IMG/VR virus record: IMGVR_UViG_3300020463_000007
Coordinates: 1-64,000 of that record
Length of the DNA: 64,000 bases
Strand: one strand, 5' to 3'
Source: a virus
Made by a program: the position numbers and the translations under genes. Position 1 is the stretch's first letter, and the number at the start of each line of letters is the position of its first letter. Positions 9,543 to 19,690 of the stretch are shown here, piece by piece. The notes under the pieces are model-generated. The model worked only from the letters and a program-made list of their open reading frames with translations, ran no database searches and was not told where the DNA came from.

Positions 9543-9895
9543 TATACTTGGGTTCCTACTGTTCTGCGGACAATATCATTATGATTAAATTCAGCCCAAT
9601 ATAATTCAAACGCTACTCCATCTTCAAGTCCTTCAAATTGGTGTACCTTACCTGGCTTAACTTGGGTAAAATCTCCTGCATTTAAAATAGTTTCATCTAC
9701 TAGTCCATCCTGATCATCTTGCCAAACACGTACTAGCATTTTACCAGACTCAACAAAGAATCCATTCCATTTAAATTGGTGTTCATGTTCACTACATTTG
9801 AAACCTTTTTTAAATTCAATACGATGAAATTCTAAAACACCGTTTGCATGAATCAGTTCTGTCTGACCCCATATCTTTCCTGCTTTCATTTTCAT
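9542..9895 (-). CDS. Cupin-fold protein
   Basis: CSEHEH...FFVESG...VKPGKVHQF cupin motifs. Confidence 0.75.
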   Translation of the reverse strand: MKMKAGKIWGQTELIHANGVLEFHRIEFKKGFKCSEHEHQFKWNGFFVESGKMLVRVWQDDQDGLVDETILNAGDFTQVKPGKVHQFEGLEDGVAFELYWAEFNHNDIVRRTVGTQV

Positions 9896-9901
9896 TCTCC
9901 T

Positions 9902-10408
9902 TTATAATATAAGTCCGTAATCAATTATTTCAGACTGCCGTGATATTTCTTTTATAAAATATGCACAAAGCGGATTTGCTCCTTCAGTAATTGGTACTGC
10001 TAATAATTGTCCATTTTTTACTTTAGGAAAATACCATTTTACATCATTGTAAAAATTGGTAATTTTTATTTCGCCATAATCTATCTTATAGCTAGATAGA
10101 GGGTTGAATAAAAATGCTTCAAAACCTCTATTGTTTATACTTGTAAGAGGAAGTACTTCTAAATCATTTCCGCTTGTACTATCACCAACTGCTATAGACC
10201 AATCTAATGGCATCATTATTTCTTTGCCTGCAATTTCTAAAACCATTGCAGGAGCATTAAAACTTTCTAGAAAAATTAACGGTATAAAAAAGAAATCCGG
10301 ATCTTTTGGATCACTATTATCTAGTACTGCAAATCTTATATCTTCTTCAAGTTCATCAGGTAAGTTTGTTAATGGAAAACACTTATCCTCTAATGTTAAT
10401 ATTCTCAT
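9902..10408 (-). CDS. Hypothetical protein (possible degenerate Hint-like beta fold)
   Basis: Clean ORF downstream of uvsW; the fold guess is weak. Confidence 0.55.
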   Translation of the reverse strand: MRILTLEDKCFPLTNLPDELEEDIRFAVLDNSDPKDPDFFFIPLIFLESFNAPAMVLEIAGKEIMMPLDWSIAVGDSTSGNDLEVLPLTSINNRGFEAFLFNPLSSYKIDYGEIKITNFYNDVKWYFPKVKNGQLLAVPITEGANPLCAYFIKEISRQSEIIDYGLIL

Positions 10409-10419
10409 GTATTATTCCT

Positions 10420-11877
10420 TTAGTTCCATTCAACCTTTTCAATGGTAAATGGATATTGTGCTTCTTTGTAAAATTTCTTACGTTGTGTTAAATGCCGTTT
10501 TGCAAATTTACAAGTTGATGTTAAGTCCCAAATTTGTACAAAGTCTTTGTCTTTAGCCTTTCGTACTCCTCTTCCTATACTTTGAATAACTCTTACAAAG
10601 CTCTTTCCAGGTTCAATAAGAACAAGATTAAAAATACGAGGAATATTAATACCAACGGAGGCCACGCCATATGTTGCAATAATAACTTTATTAGTTGCTT
10701 CTTTAACTTCGTCATAAGATTCTTTTCTGTCTTTTAGTTTCATATCTCCTTTAACAAAAACGCTATCAGGAATAATTTCCTGTAACATTTCACCAGCGGA
10801 AATCCTGTCAACTAATATAAGTGTGTTGCCTGATTGTGAAATTGTGTTTAAAAGTTTGCCTATATAGTCTATCCTGTCTTTATTAGTAACAAGATATTTT
10901 AATTCTTCTTGATAGTTTTTATGCACCATTGTATCAATTAATTGTATTACATTAACATGACAGTTAGATAGTACACCTTTGTCTTGTAATTCTTTTGCTG
11001 TAACTTTGCCAATTACTGGCCCTAAACTTGCATGTATGCTTTCAAATTCAAATTTTTCTTTTGGTATAGTACCAGTTAAGCCCCAACGTATAGGAGCATT
11101 TCTTAAATTTTGTGTAAGTAATTTTTTAAGGACTTCTGCTTTTGCTTGATGAACTTCATCTATAATTATTGTGCTTACCCCGTCAAGAAACTCTGCAAGA
11201 CTCAATACTGCGGATCCATCCTTTGTTTTCTTGTCAAGAATATTTAAACTCTGCCAAGTACATATAGTATGAGTTTTGCCTAGTTCTTTTCTATCTCCAA
11301 AGTAGACTCCTACGTCCAACCCACAGTTAATATAATCTTCCTCAGTCTGCGTGACTAGACTTTTATTTGGAACAATTACCAGACTACGTCCGTACGTGTC
11401 TGTGATGTTGCTTAAGGTGGCAGTAATAATAGTTTTACCGGCTCCTGTTGCGACTTCTTGTAAAGATTGAGGATTTTCTAAGAAGTTATTAATCACCTCT
11501 ACTTGATAATCACGCAACCGAATCTTTTCACCCTCAGCAGGATGTCCCTTTGGCCATGTGTTGTCTCCCCAATAATCTGCATCTACTTTGTCGAAATGCA
11601 AATCTACTGTTTGACGTTTATCCACAATGTCTGCTATTTCAACATTGCATTTGTGTAATACATCAGTTATAGTTCCAAGATGATTTACATATCCTGTGCC
11701 ACCTATACCAAAAAATGCAACTTTACCATCCCATCTTCCAAGTTTGTACTGCGGCATATAACGGGCATACGGTACTTCAAATTTAAGTGCATTTGCAATT
11801 CGCCTACGCACATCAACTTCAAGTCCTTCGATTTTGATGTTTACTTCATCTTCAATAATTAATCTACATGTAGCCAT
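10420..11877 (-). CDS. uvsW: UvsW-like SF2 DNA helicase
   Basis: LRDYQ, ATGAGKT, DEVH, GLTGT and QSIGRG motifs. Confidence 0.9.
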   Translation of the reverse strand: MATCRLIIEDEVNIKIEGLEVDVRRRIANALKFEVPYARYMPQYKLGRWDGKVAFFGIGGTGYVNHLGTITDVLHKCNVEIADIVDKRQTVDLHFDKVDADYWGDNTWPKGHPAEGEKIRLRDYQVEVINNFLENPQSLQEVATGAGKTIITATLSNITDTYGRSLVIVPNKSLVTQTEEDYINCGLDVGVYFGDRKELGKTHTICTWQSLNILDKKTKDGSAVLSLAEFLDGVSTIIIDEVHQAKAEVLKKLLTQNLRNAPIRWGLTGTIPKEKFEFESIHASLGPVIGKVTAKELQDKGVLSNCHVNVIQLIDTMVHKNYQEELKYLVTNKDRIDYIGKLLNTISQSGNTLILVDRISAGEMLQEIIPDSVFVKGDMKLKDRKESYDEVKEATNKVIIATYGVASVGINIPRIFNLVLIEPGKSFVRVIQSIGRGVRKAKDKDFVQIWDLTSTCKFAKRHLTQRKKFYKEAQYPFTIEKVEWN

Positions 11878-11878
11878 A

Positions 11879-13090
11879 TTATAAAGTTTGTACCTTCGCA
11901 CGATTAAATGGACTAATATCTGTATCGTAATGAATAATCAAATCCAATGGATTTACATAATCATTTACCTTGGCATGCATTCTTACACTACCAATAGTTA
12001 ATACAGTATTAGGTCTCCATTCGCTCTTAAGTAACGGTTTAGGAAACTTATTACTATTAATATACACTACTTTTGTGTTTGTGTCAAGTATATTATTTAA
12101 TTTGTTTAGTTTTACATATTCATTAAAGTCTTTGTTTGAATTTTTATCATTACTTACTCTAAATAATACACTCATATCTTGTTCGAATATAATATTTCTT
12201 AGTCCTTTATTAATTTTGACTAATCCTTCTAATGGAGATTCTATTGGTAATATTACCAATAATGGAAATCTATTTAACTCCAACAAACTTTCTAGTACTC
12301 TTTCAATAGGATATACATCCGGCGGCACTATCACATTATATTCTTTTCTTTGTACAATTTTTTTACTCAAAATTGTTAAGGCATTTAAACTTTCTTCTAA
12401 TTCTTGTTGATCAAAATGATGTAATCCTAGTTGGTCTTTACGATCATTATAAATTGCTAAATTTTCTTTCGTAGGCTCGCCTATAGACGAAATCATAAAA
12501 TCTATTGCTCTGTCAGATAAGTTTTTAAGTTTAAAAGAATAAATGCCTGGTACATAATCATCTTGGTTATTACTCATTGCTTCTACCTTTTGGAAGTATT
12601 CATATAACTCTGCTTCTATGTCAAAGTTATTATTTTTAAAATTTGATATTACTTGATATACATTTAATTCATTGAAAGGAAAATAATGTATTTTTTCTTT
12701 ACTGTTGTATAAGTGTCCTACTGCGCCTACTTTTGCCTTTTCAATTGCAGTCAAAAGTTTTTTATTGAAAATAAATTTTACTGCAATACACAATTCATCT
12801 GAATCATTATAAACCAACTTAATAGTTTTTTCTCTGTTTAATTGTCTTAACGGTACACGTAAATTGTCAAAAGATTTTGTTATATCATTTTCAAACATAT
12901 CATTATAAGATAATAATTTTGTTTTTAACAATTCATGCTGTCTATCTGTTAAACCAATACCTCTAACTACCTGTCTTCCTAAGCTAGTTAAGATATTATA
13001 ATCTTCCCTTTTTATTGTAAACATTCCTTTAGGGGCAGTTTGGAATCCCACAAGTAGCTCAAGACAATCTTCTATGGTTTCTGTATTCAT
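11879..13090 (-). CDS. Hypothetical protein (403 aa)
   Basis: Long ORF with its own sigma70 promoter, directly upstream of uvsW. Confidence 0.7.
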   Translation of the reverse strand: MNTETIEDCLELLVGFQTAPKGMFTIKREDYNILTSLGRQVVRGIGLTDRQHELLKTKLLSYNDMFENDITKSFDNLRVPLRQLNREKTIKLVYNDSDELCIAVKFIFNKKLLTAIEKAKVGAVGHLYNSKEKIHYFPFNELNVYQVISNFKNNNFDIEAELYEYFQKVEAMSNNQDDYVPGIYSFKLKNLSDRAIDFMISSIGEPTKENLAIYNDRKDQLGLHHFDQQELEESLNALTILSKKIVQRKEYNVIVPPDVYPIERVLESLLELNRFPLLVILPIESPLEGLVKINKGLRNIIFEQDMSVLFRVSNDKNSNKDFNEYVKLNKLNNILDTNTKVVYINSNKFPKPLLKSEWRPNTVLTIGSVRMHAKVNDYVNPLDLIIHYDTDISPFNRAKVQTL

Positions 13091-13096
13091 AGTAGT

Positions 13097-13125
13097 ATTA
13101 TAGCTGATTAAAGTTTAAAAGTCAA
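13097..13125 (-). promoter_or_regulatory. Sigma70-type promoter
   Basis: TTGACT-N17-TATAAT, about 6 nt before the ATG at 13090. Confidence 0.75.
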
Positions 13126-13950
13126 GTGTTTATGCGGGATTCCTGCAGATATTTCTTCTAAGGTATATTCTGTGTGAGCGTAATCATTTAGCCATTGTTG
13201 TCTATCATGTAACACAGGCATATGTATTGTGTTTAGATTTTGATTCGCTACATCCCATGCTAAACTACTCGGGCCTGTAAAAGCCGGCACTCCGGCGAGT
13301 ATACTATGTATGCCTGGATTGCTTGACCAATTTACGGTAGCCCAAGCACCTTTAAAAGACATGTCAAAGTCATCATATGTATTAGGTATTTTTTTCGGTT
13401 CTTCTCTGCGTACATTACTCCATTCGCGTTCTATTTCTGGTAATGAACATCGAGGATGCGGTCTAAAAATTATAGGCAAATTAGAATGTAGTTTGATAGT
13501 ATCAATAGTTTTCATTAACCAATTAGCCATTGATCCCATATTTTTCCATTGTAGACTTTTGTCATGTTGTCCACATATTAAAATATGTTCTCCACTCATT
13601 CGCCATGGTTGTAATTCTAATCCTAGCTTATTAGCTCTTTCACTATTATTACCACTAGGCCCAAAGTAAGCATCTCTATTAATGCCATTTAAACCAACCT
13701 TCCAAGTTGTACCTCTTTTTATTCCGCCAACTTCTAATACTATTGTTGGTTTGTTTTGCTCCCATACTTTTTTGTTTGGAGCCATTCTACCATTAAATAA
13801 TACACTCCATATAACATTAACATCGGCACTACTATCATTGTAAACCACATCAATATTGTTATGCACACAGCCGTTAGCAAAAGCATCGAAAACAGGTTTA
13901 CTATTAAGTGCGCCATAGTCTGTCCATAAACTAAATTTTTGTTTTATCAT
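13108..13950 (-). CDS. Capsule-synthesis (KpsC/KpsS-like, GT-B) glycosyltransferase-like protein
   Basis: ILICGQ...IIFRPHP...TVNWSSNPGIHSILAGVP pattern. Confidence 0.65.
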   Translation of the reverse strand: MIKQKFSLWTDYGALNSKPVFDAFANGCVHNNIDVVYNDSSADVNVIWSVLFNGRMAPNKKVWEQNKPTIVLEVGGIKRGTTWKVGLNGINRDAYFGPSGNNSERANKLGLELQPWRMSGEHILICGQHDKSLQWKNMGSMANWLMKTIDTIKLHSNLPIIFRPHPRCSLPEIEREWSNVRREEPKKIPNTYDDFDMSFKGAWATVNWSSNPGIHSILAGVPAFTGPSSLAWDVANQNLNTIHMPVLHDRQQWLNDYAHTEYTLEEISAGIPHKHLTFKL

Positions 13951-15086
13951 CGTAATAAATTAGCAATTTTTTGTGCAAGTTCTCTGAACCAGTATTCTTT
14001 ATGTCCTCTAGTAGTTTCAGCGGCAGTACCTATTCTGATACCACTTGTTTCCACAAACGATCTTGGATCGTTTGGTACTCCATTTTTATTAACAGTAATA
14101 CCATTAGCTTCTAATAAGTCTGCAGCCTCTCTTCCTGACCATTTAGTATCACTTAAATCCAATAATATAATATGACTATCTGTTCCATTTGTTAATACTT
14201 TCATACCATACTGGTTTAATGAAAGTGCCATTGCTTGTGCATTAGCAACAACCTGTTGTGAATATTCTTTAAATTCATCTGTGTTTGCTTCAATAAATGC
14301 TTGTGCTTTTGCAGCTATAATATTCATTAGTGGACCACCTTGTGTACCGGGAAAAATTGCACTATTAATTTTTTTTGTATAGTCTGGATTATTCCATAAT
14401 ATAATTCCGCCTCTTGGACCACGTAAAGTTTTATGAGTTGTACTTGTAACAAAGTCTGCATAAGGCACAGGACTTGGATAAACATTGCCAGCAATTAATC
14501 CTGAATAGTGTGCCATGTCTACTAACAAATATGCTTTTACTTTATCTGCTATATGTCTAAACATTGCAAAGTCAATAGCTCTAGGATATGCACTTGCTCC
14601 GGCTATTATCATTTTTGGTCTTATTTCTTGCGCCTTTGCCATTATATCTGCATAATCTAAGATACCATTATCATTAACTCCATAGTGATGAGACTCGTAT
14701 ACTTTTCCTGATATGTTCACCGGAGCACCATGACTCAAATGACCTCCACTTGCAAGATCCATGCCTAGTATTTTATCGCCTGGTTTTAAAAAAGCAAGAT
14801 AAATTGCTGTGTTTGCATTTGCTCCACAATGTGGTTGTACGTTTGCAAATTCACAGCCGTATAATTCTTTGAGTTGATCTATTGCAAGTTGTTCTATTGA
14901 ATCCATATGTTCACAACCGTTATAATATCTTTTTCCTGGATATCCTTCTGCATACTTATTAGTAAACACAGAACCTGCCAAAGCCATTACATCGTGTGAT
15001 GCAAAATTTTCACTTGCAATTAATTCTATAGTAGATGCTTGTCTATCTATTTCTTTATCTAATATTTCAAAAACACGTTTATCCAT
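13947..15086 (-). CDS. glyA: Serine hydroxymethyltransferase
   Basis: LIASEN, NKYAEGYP, GGHLSHG, DMAH and the PLP-Lys motif TTTHKTLRGPRGG. Confidence 0.97.
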   Translation of the reverse strand: MDKRVFEILDKEIDRQASTIELIASENFASHDVMALAGSVFTNKYAEGYPGKRYYNGCEHMDSIEQLAIDQLKELYGCEFANVQPHCGANANTAIYLAFLKPGDKILGMDLASGGHLSHGAPVNISGKVYESHHYGVNDNGILDYADIMAKAQEIRPKMIIAGASAYPRAIDFAMFRHIADKVKAYLLVDMAHYSGLIAGNVYPSPVPYADFVTSTTHKTLRGPRGGIILWNNPDYTKKINSAIFPGTQGGPLMNIIAAKAQAFIEANTDEFKEYSQQVVANAQAMALSLNQYGMKVLTNGTDSHIILLDLSDTKWSGREAADLLEANGITVNKNGVPNDPRSFVETSGIRIGTAAETTRGHKEYWFRELAQKIANLLR

Positions 15087-15087
15087 T

Positions 15088-15924
15088 TTATCCCTGCCAA
15101 TATAATTCGCTTCTTTGATTGACTAAATCTTTTGTCAAACTTTTTCCTGTATCTTTACGAGCACCTTTGAGATGATCCATCCATTTTCCTAGCACACAGT
15201 TAATTAATGGGTGGCCGCCTCCGCCGGTTATTGCTCCTTTAAGTATCATGTCCTCTGTGTAATCTAGTACATTTGGATATTCAACTTTCATCTTATTTAA
15301 TATATTTCCAAAAACAAAACTATCATGCCATTCTTCTAGTAAGAAGATTCCGTTTTCTGCTTCCTCGTATACTCTTTCAAATTCTGCCATAAATTTTTTA
15401 CATACTTCATTCTTTACATTAAGTCCGTAAAATCCGCACTCTGGCCATGTTTGTGATCCTTTGCCTCTACCAACATACGTAATCCATTTATCATTTGGCA
15501 GTAATTCTGCAAACTGTTCGTAACTCCACGGACTGTGAATAAAGGTATCAGCATCCATCCATATACACCAGTCTTTAGAGCGTCTTACAGCGTCATACAC
15601 AGCATATGTTTTATTAGCAAACCTTACAGCGTCCCATTTAAATTCTTTGTGATGATCGCGTGGTCTACGTTCAGGCCAAGGACATTTACCAATTGCTTTT
15701 GGTACATTACCCCATGTTTGTTTGAATCTATTTAGATCTGGTAACGCATCAACTGCATTTAATATTTCAATTTGATCTGGGTCGGGATTAGTAGGATTAC
15801 AATTTTCTGCGTATACAAGTAATTTAATGCGTTTATCAACTTGTTGTGCAAAACTATCTAAAAACCTTTGCCCGTATTTTTCTAGTCCTGGTTGATGAAA
15901 AGTTGTTAATACTAATATGTCCAT
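15088..15924 (-). CDS. GT-A fold glycosyltransferase-like protein
   Basis: WCIWMDAD DxD motif, ECGF, EWHDSFVF and DHLKGARK; the start could be 15969. Confidence 0.7.
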   Translation of the reverse strand: MDILVLTTFHQPGLEKYGQRFLDSFAQQVDKRIKLLVYAENCNPTNPDPDQIEILNAVDALPDLNRFKQTWGNVPKAIGKCPWPERRPRDHHKEFKWDAVRFANKTYAVYDAVRRSKDWCIWMDADTFIHSPWSYEQFAELLPNDKWITYVGRGKGSQTWPECGFYGLNVKNEVCKKFMAEFERVYEEAENGIFLLEEWHDSFVFGNILNKMKVEYPNVLDYTEDMILKGAITGGGGHPLINCVLGKWMDHLKGARKDTGKSLTKDLVNQRSELYWQG

Positions 15925-15970
15925 TGTTGTTGTAATTCCTTGTGTCAATTGCCATGCATTAAACGTCACA

Positions 15971-16117
15971 TTATCTGCCGCCTTTGAAGGCAGATTGATT
16001 GTGTCTTGGATCAGTTTGTTGTTTTTTTAACTCTATCATGTATGTATCTTCTATTGTTTTTTTAACTTTTTTACTACATACTTTTAATTTTGTTTTTTTT
16101 GTTTTAATATTTTTCAT
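15971..16117 (-). CDS. 48-aa very basic hypothetical protein
   Basis: Manually translated MKNIKTKKTKLKVCSKKVKK...; ATGA overlap with the upstream stop. Confidence 0.4.
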   Translation of the reverse strand: MKNIKTKKTKLKVCSKKVKKTIEDTYMIELKKQQTDPRHNQSAFKGGR

Positions 16118-17043
16118 ATATACTCCCTCATATGTCTCCAGCAGGATCCGTTTCTTAATTCTTCAAAATTCCAATGAAACATACTAATTCTTCTAAGCCA
16201 TTGTAATCTATCAAAATGATCAGGTCTTTCTATTTTTCTGAAATCTGTATTGACAACTTCTTTACATTGACTATCTTTAGGGTCAGTCAAAAAGGCATGA
16301 AATCCTTTGATAATAGGGCCGACTGCGGCACTACTGTTATGATTAACAACTGCCCAACATCCTTGTAAATCTTGATCTAGTGTTCTTCCTGGTGGACTTA
16401 ATTCTACATTAGAAAAGTGTTCTAAAGGATGTCCTGGACGTTTTGCTAGATAGTCTACAGCTAATTTATCACCTGGATGACTACGTATAACAATCTTTCT
16501 ATCTGTATGTGACTGTATTAGTTTAATAGTATCTTGCATCCATTGAACAACATCATAGCCTTTCATACTCCATCCACCTTGACGTTGACACATTAAAACA
16601 ATATGATTACCGACTCTAGTATAGTCGGATAATGGTAAACCTAATGTCTTAGAAATATTACGCCACCGTTTTTCATCTATTCTCGTATCACAGTAATTTC
16701 CTGTAGTTGGAAATATACCATCAAAGCTATATCTTAGATAACCTTTTGTGTTTTTAGGATCATGAAATAGAAAAAGATTAGCATCTGCTGTGATTGTATG
16801 TCTACCATATTCTTTTTGTGTTCTGATTACGTTGCTTCTTAATCTTAGATGTGGTGTAGTTATTTTGTCATATACCCATCCTTGGATCATACCAGCATCA
16901 CATTCTATTAGATTGTCTTGTGTATGTACTAGACCTTCATCGCCGGCCTGACGTACACCTTCAGCAAAATCAAATAAAAGTTGTTCTTTCTGAGGGTTTA
17001 TGTTCTTACCTGGAACCGTTTTTAAATAACTAACTACCTTCAT
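16114..17043 (-). CDS. KpsC/KpsS-like glycosyltransferase-like protein
   Basis: IVLMCQ...IVIRSHP...AVVNHNSSAAV; paralogous to the 13108 gene; start taken at MKVVSY. Confidence 0.65.
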   Translation of the reverse strand: MKVVSYLKTVPGKNINPQKEQLLFDFAEGVRQAGDEGLVHTQDNLIECDAGMIQGWVYDKITTPHLRLRSNVIRTQKEYGRHTITADANLFLFHDPKNTKGYLRYSFDGIFPTTGNYCDTRIDEKRWRNISKTLGLPLSDYTRVGNHIVLMCQRQGGWSMKGYDVVQWMQDTIKLIQSHTDRKIVIRSHPGDKLAVDYLAKRPGHPLEHFSNVELSPPGRTLDQDLQGCWAVVNHNSSAAVGPIIKGFHAFLTDPKDSQCKEVVNTDFRKIERPDHFDRLQWLRRISMFHWNFEELRNGSCWRHMREYI

Positions 17044-18760
17044 TGAGGATATCCCATGCGTATCCAGAGCGAAGTTCGTTTGCAGTAAATTGACAATATG
17101 ATAAATGTCTTGCAAAAGCATGTACTTCATCTATGCTTGGACGATTTAAATTTTCTACCTCATTTAAATTATTATTACAAAGTACACTAGCGGCATTTGG
17201 TGCTAGTGCTATAGCTGGTGTTCCAACTAATAAAGCTTCTGTAGCGGCAATACTGTTAAAAGTTACTAGACAATGAGCTTGTTTAAGTGCGTCCCATATT
17301 GTGTTTTGTGTAACTCGTTCTCTTCTTGAAGGTTTTAACCTCACATGTAATTTTCTATCAGTATGCTTTTTAAGTTCTGTTAAAGTAGTGTCCATCCATT
17401 CGTCTACGTCTAGTCCATAAAACTTCATTACTTTTGCACTAGGTGGGCATATTAAAACATAATCCCCTCGTTTAAATTTACTAGGGCGCCATCCTAATCT
17501 ATGCAGTCTATCATCTGGTCTTTCTACTATTGGTCCTAAATTTTGTAAATTATTTTTAGTTACACGATGATAGTCTTTTCTTGTTGTCCATACAGGTTGC
17601 ATATAACCTGTATCTATTGCATAAAAGTCCCTTCCGTTTTCTCTGCAAAACTTAATTGCTTTTTGGCCTCCGCCACCAAGTCCTCTTATGACTAGTGTAT
17701 TTTGTGTTTTAGATTCTCTGTCAAAATCACTAATTACTCCTCCGCTACCAAGTATAAAGTCTTCGCAAAAAGGATCGTATGCAAGTCCTTTAGACTTTTC
17801 GCTTAATGGGCTGAATTCTGGCTTGTTAATTGCCGCAACTTTAATCCCCATTGTTTCCTCCTTTAGTCTTTTTATTTCATTTTTTGTTTTGTAAACGACT
17901 TCGTCTGGATCGGAGAGCTCTTGCAAACATAATGTTAAATATTTTTTTGCATTCCAATTTAATGTTAAATCGTCAATATTTACTCTTTCTAGTTGTCTCC
18001 TTTCTTCTTTCTTCTCCATTTTTTCAATTTTGTTTTTGTAGTAATCAGATTGTACACTAATCCAATCTATTGCATATTCACAATCTTTACATTCTTCAAA
18101 CCAAGGTCCGCCCTCTGTATAGTGTAATGCTTTAGGTATACCGTCTTTAGGTTCTTCATACCAACCTACTAACCAATTCCATTCATGGCTAATTTTTCCT
18201 ACTAGCTTATCTGGTAACCAAGAAAACCTATGTAGATAAGCACCAGTTGTATCCTTATGATTAATAAGATCTAGGGTGACTGCTTTGTTTGATTTATGAC
18301 CGCAGTTCCATAATACCATACTTGACCAATTTTTTCTCGGATAAGGTAGCTGTGCCTTACCGTCCATCTTTTGACCTTCTTTAGGAGTATAGTCATGATG
18401 GGCACACATTACCGCATACTTGTCATCTGCAAGTGCAAATAAATCTGCTACATCTTGTCTAAATATAAAATCACAATCTATGAATAATGCCCAGCCCGAG
18501 TAGTCAGTTAAAAAAGGTACAAGAAATCTTGTAAAAGTAAATTCTGTAGACCCTAATTTATCTTCGTCTCTCCAATACCACTTTTGAGATCTTAATTTAT
18601 CTTGTCTTAATGGAATAACCTCAACAGGAACTGTTGCTGTTTTGTATATACTCTGTTTGCACACTTCATACGCAATATCTTCTCTGCTGTCATAACCTAC
18701 AAATATTTTCAATGGTTTAATTTCTTCGTTCAATATCTTCCTCCACGCACTTCTCCCCAT
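17030..18760 (-). CDS. Two-domain glycosyltransferase (GT-A/GT8-like N-terminus plus KpsC-like C-terminus)
   Basis: N-terminal IFVGYD...STEFTFTRF...FIDCDF...RKNWSS...HYTEGGPW; C-terminal LVTFNSIAATEALLVGTP. Confidence 0.75.
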   Translation of the reverse strand: MGRSAWRKILNEEIKPLKIFVGYDSREDIAYEVCKQSIYKTATVPVEVIPLRQDKLRSQKWYWRDEDKLGSTEFTFTRFLVPFLTDYSGWALFIDCDFIFRQDVADLFALADDKYAVMCAHHDYTPKEGQKMDGKAQLPYPRKNWSSMVLWNCGHKSNKAVTLDLINHKDTTGAYLHRFSWLPDKLVGKISHEWNWLVGWYEEPKDGIPKALHYTEGGPWFEECKDCEYAIDWISVQSDYYKNKIEKMEKKEERRQLERVNIDDLTLNWNAKKYLTLCLQELSDPDEVVYKTKNEIKRLKEETMGIKVAAINKPEFSPLSEKSKGLAYDPFCEDFILGSGGVISDFDRESKTQNTLVIRGLGGGGQKAIKFCRENGRDFYAIDTGYMQPVWTTRKDYHRVTKNNLQNLGPIVERPDDRLHRLGWRPSKFKRGDYVLICPPSAKVMKFYGLDVDEWMDTTLTELKKHTDRKLHVRLKPSRRERVTQNTIWDALKQAHCLVTFNSIAATEALLVGTPAIALAPNAASVLCNNNLNEVENLNRPSIDEVHAFARHLSYCQFTANELRSGYAWDILNEGS

Positions 18761-19478
18761 GCTGTACTTCTAGTATATGACAATGCTCGTCAAAGGGGTT
18801 ACTTGCCTTATGCCATACTCCGCATCCTATAGAATATCCACTAGTGCATGCATCTAATGTTTTAGTATCTTTACGGCCTTCATATTCTGTGTCTAATACA
18901 CACTTTCCTTTAAGTACATACCAGTGTTCTGACCTAAAAAAATGTTTTTGATCAGACAATGATTCTCCTGGTGTAATTACTAATTCTTTTACTTTATAAT
19001 TTATTTTATCATCTAAAACTCTATACCAACCCCAATTCCGAACAGTTTTTGGATTTTTCCATTCTTCTAAAATCCAGCTGCTACTATTCTTTTTGTTTTC
19101 TCCGCCCACACCATATACAAACTCTACTTTATCGCTGAAAGTTTTTTCTTCTGGAACAGCGCCTTTACTTCTATCTCCTCCGTTCGCAAATATTATATCA
19201 GCCCTACTAGCACTTGTACACATTAATTTAAAAATTGCATGACTTGCAGTATCATCTTTATCTTCAAAAGACATAACATCATCTACCATGTCTAATGATT
19301 CAATAATAGCAAGGCGTTCTTTAAATGGCATAAACGGTCTACCTTTTTTACGTGTTAACCATTCATCTGAATTAATGCCAACTACTAAAACATCTCCTAA
19401 TTTCTTTGCTTCACGGAAATAATCTATATGCCCTGAATGTAAAGGATCAAAGCCGCCGGTCACTAGGACTACCTTCAT
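18717..19478 (-). CDS. Cytidylyltransferase-family nucleotidyltransferase fused to a mannose-6-phosphate-isomerase-like cupin
   Basis: GGFDPLHSGH HxGH motif; RNWGWY...SLSDQKHFFRSEHW...EEDIER. Confidence 0.85.
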   Translation of the reverse strand: MKVVLVTGGFDPLHSGHIDYFREAKKLGDVLVVGINSDEWLTRKKGRPFMPFKERLAIIESLDMVDDVMSFEDKDDTASHAIFKLMCTSASRADIIFANGGDRSKGAVPEEKTFSDKVEFVYGVGGENKKNSSSWILEEWKNPKTVRNWGWYRVLDDKINYKVKELVITPGESLSDQKHFFRSEHWYVLKGKCVLDTEYEGRKDTKTLDACTSGYSIGCGVWHKASNPFDEHCHILEVQHGEKCVEEDIERRN

Positions 19479-19690
19479 CTACCTAACCACTTCTTTGCTG
19501 CATCAAGTGGATTACGCAGGCCCTCATATGTTTTGTCAATAAAATCAATATGTCTGCTTAATTTTTTATCTAACATTTCTTGATTTTTTTCTATACGATC
19601 AAGTTTCTTTGTTAGTTTGTCTATTTTGTCTAATATTAAAATTTCGTGTGGTTGCATTTTACCATCCAAAGATATAGTCCCTTCTAACAT
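19475..19690 (-). CDS. Small coiled-coil hypothetical protein
   Basis: Heptad pattern; HIDFIDKTYEGLRNP. Confidence 0.55.
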   Translation of the reverse strand: MLEGTISLDGKMQPHEILILDKIDKLTKKLDRIEKNQEMLDKKLSRHIDFIDKTYEGLRNPLDAAKKWLGR

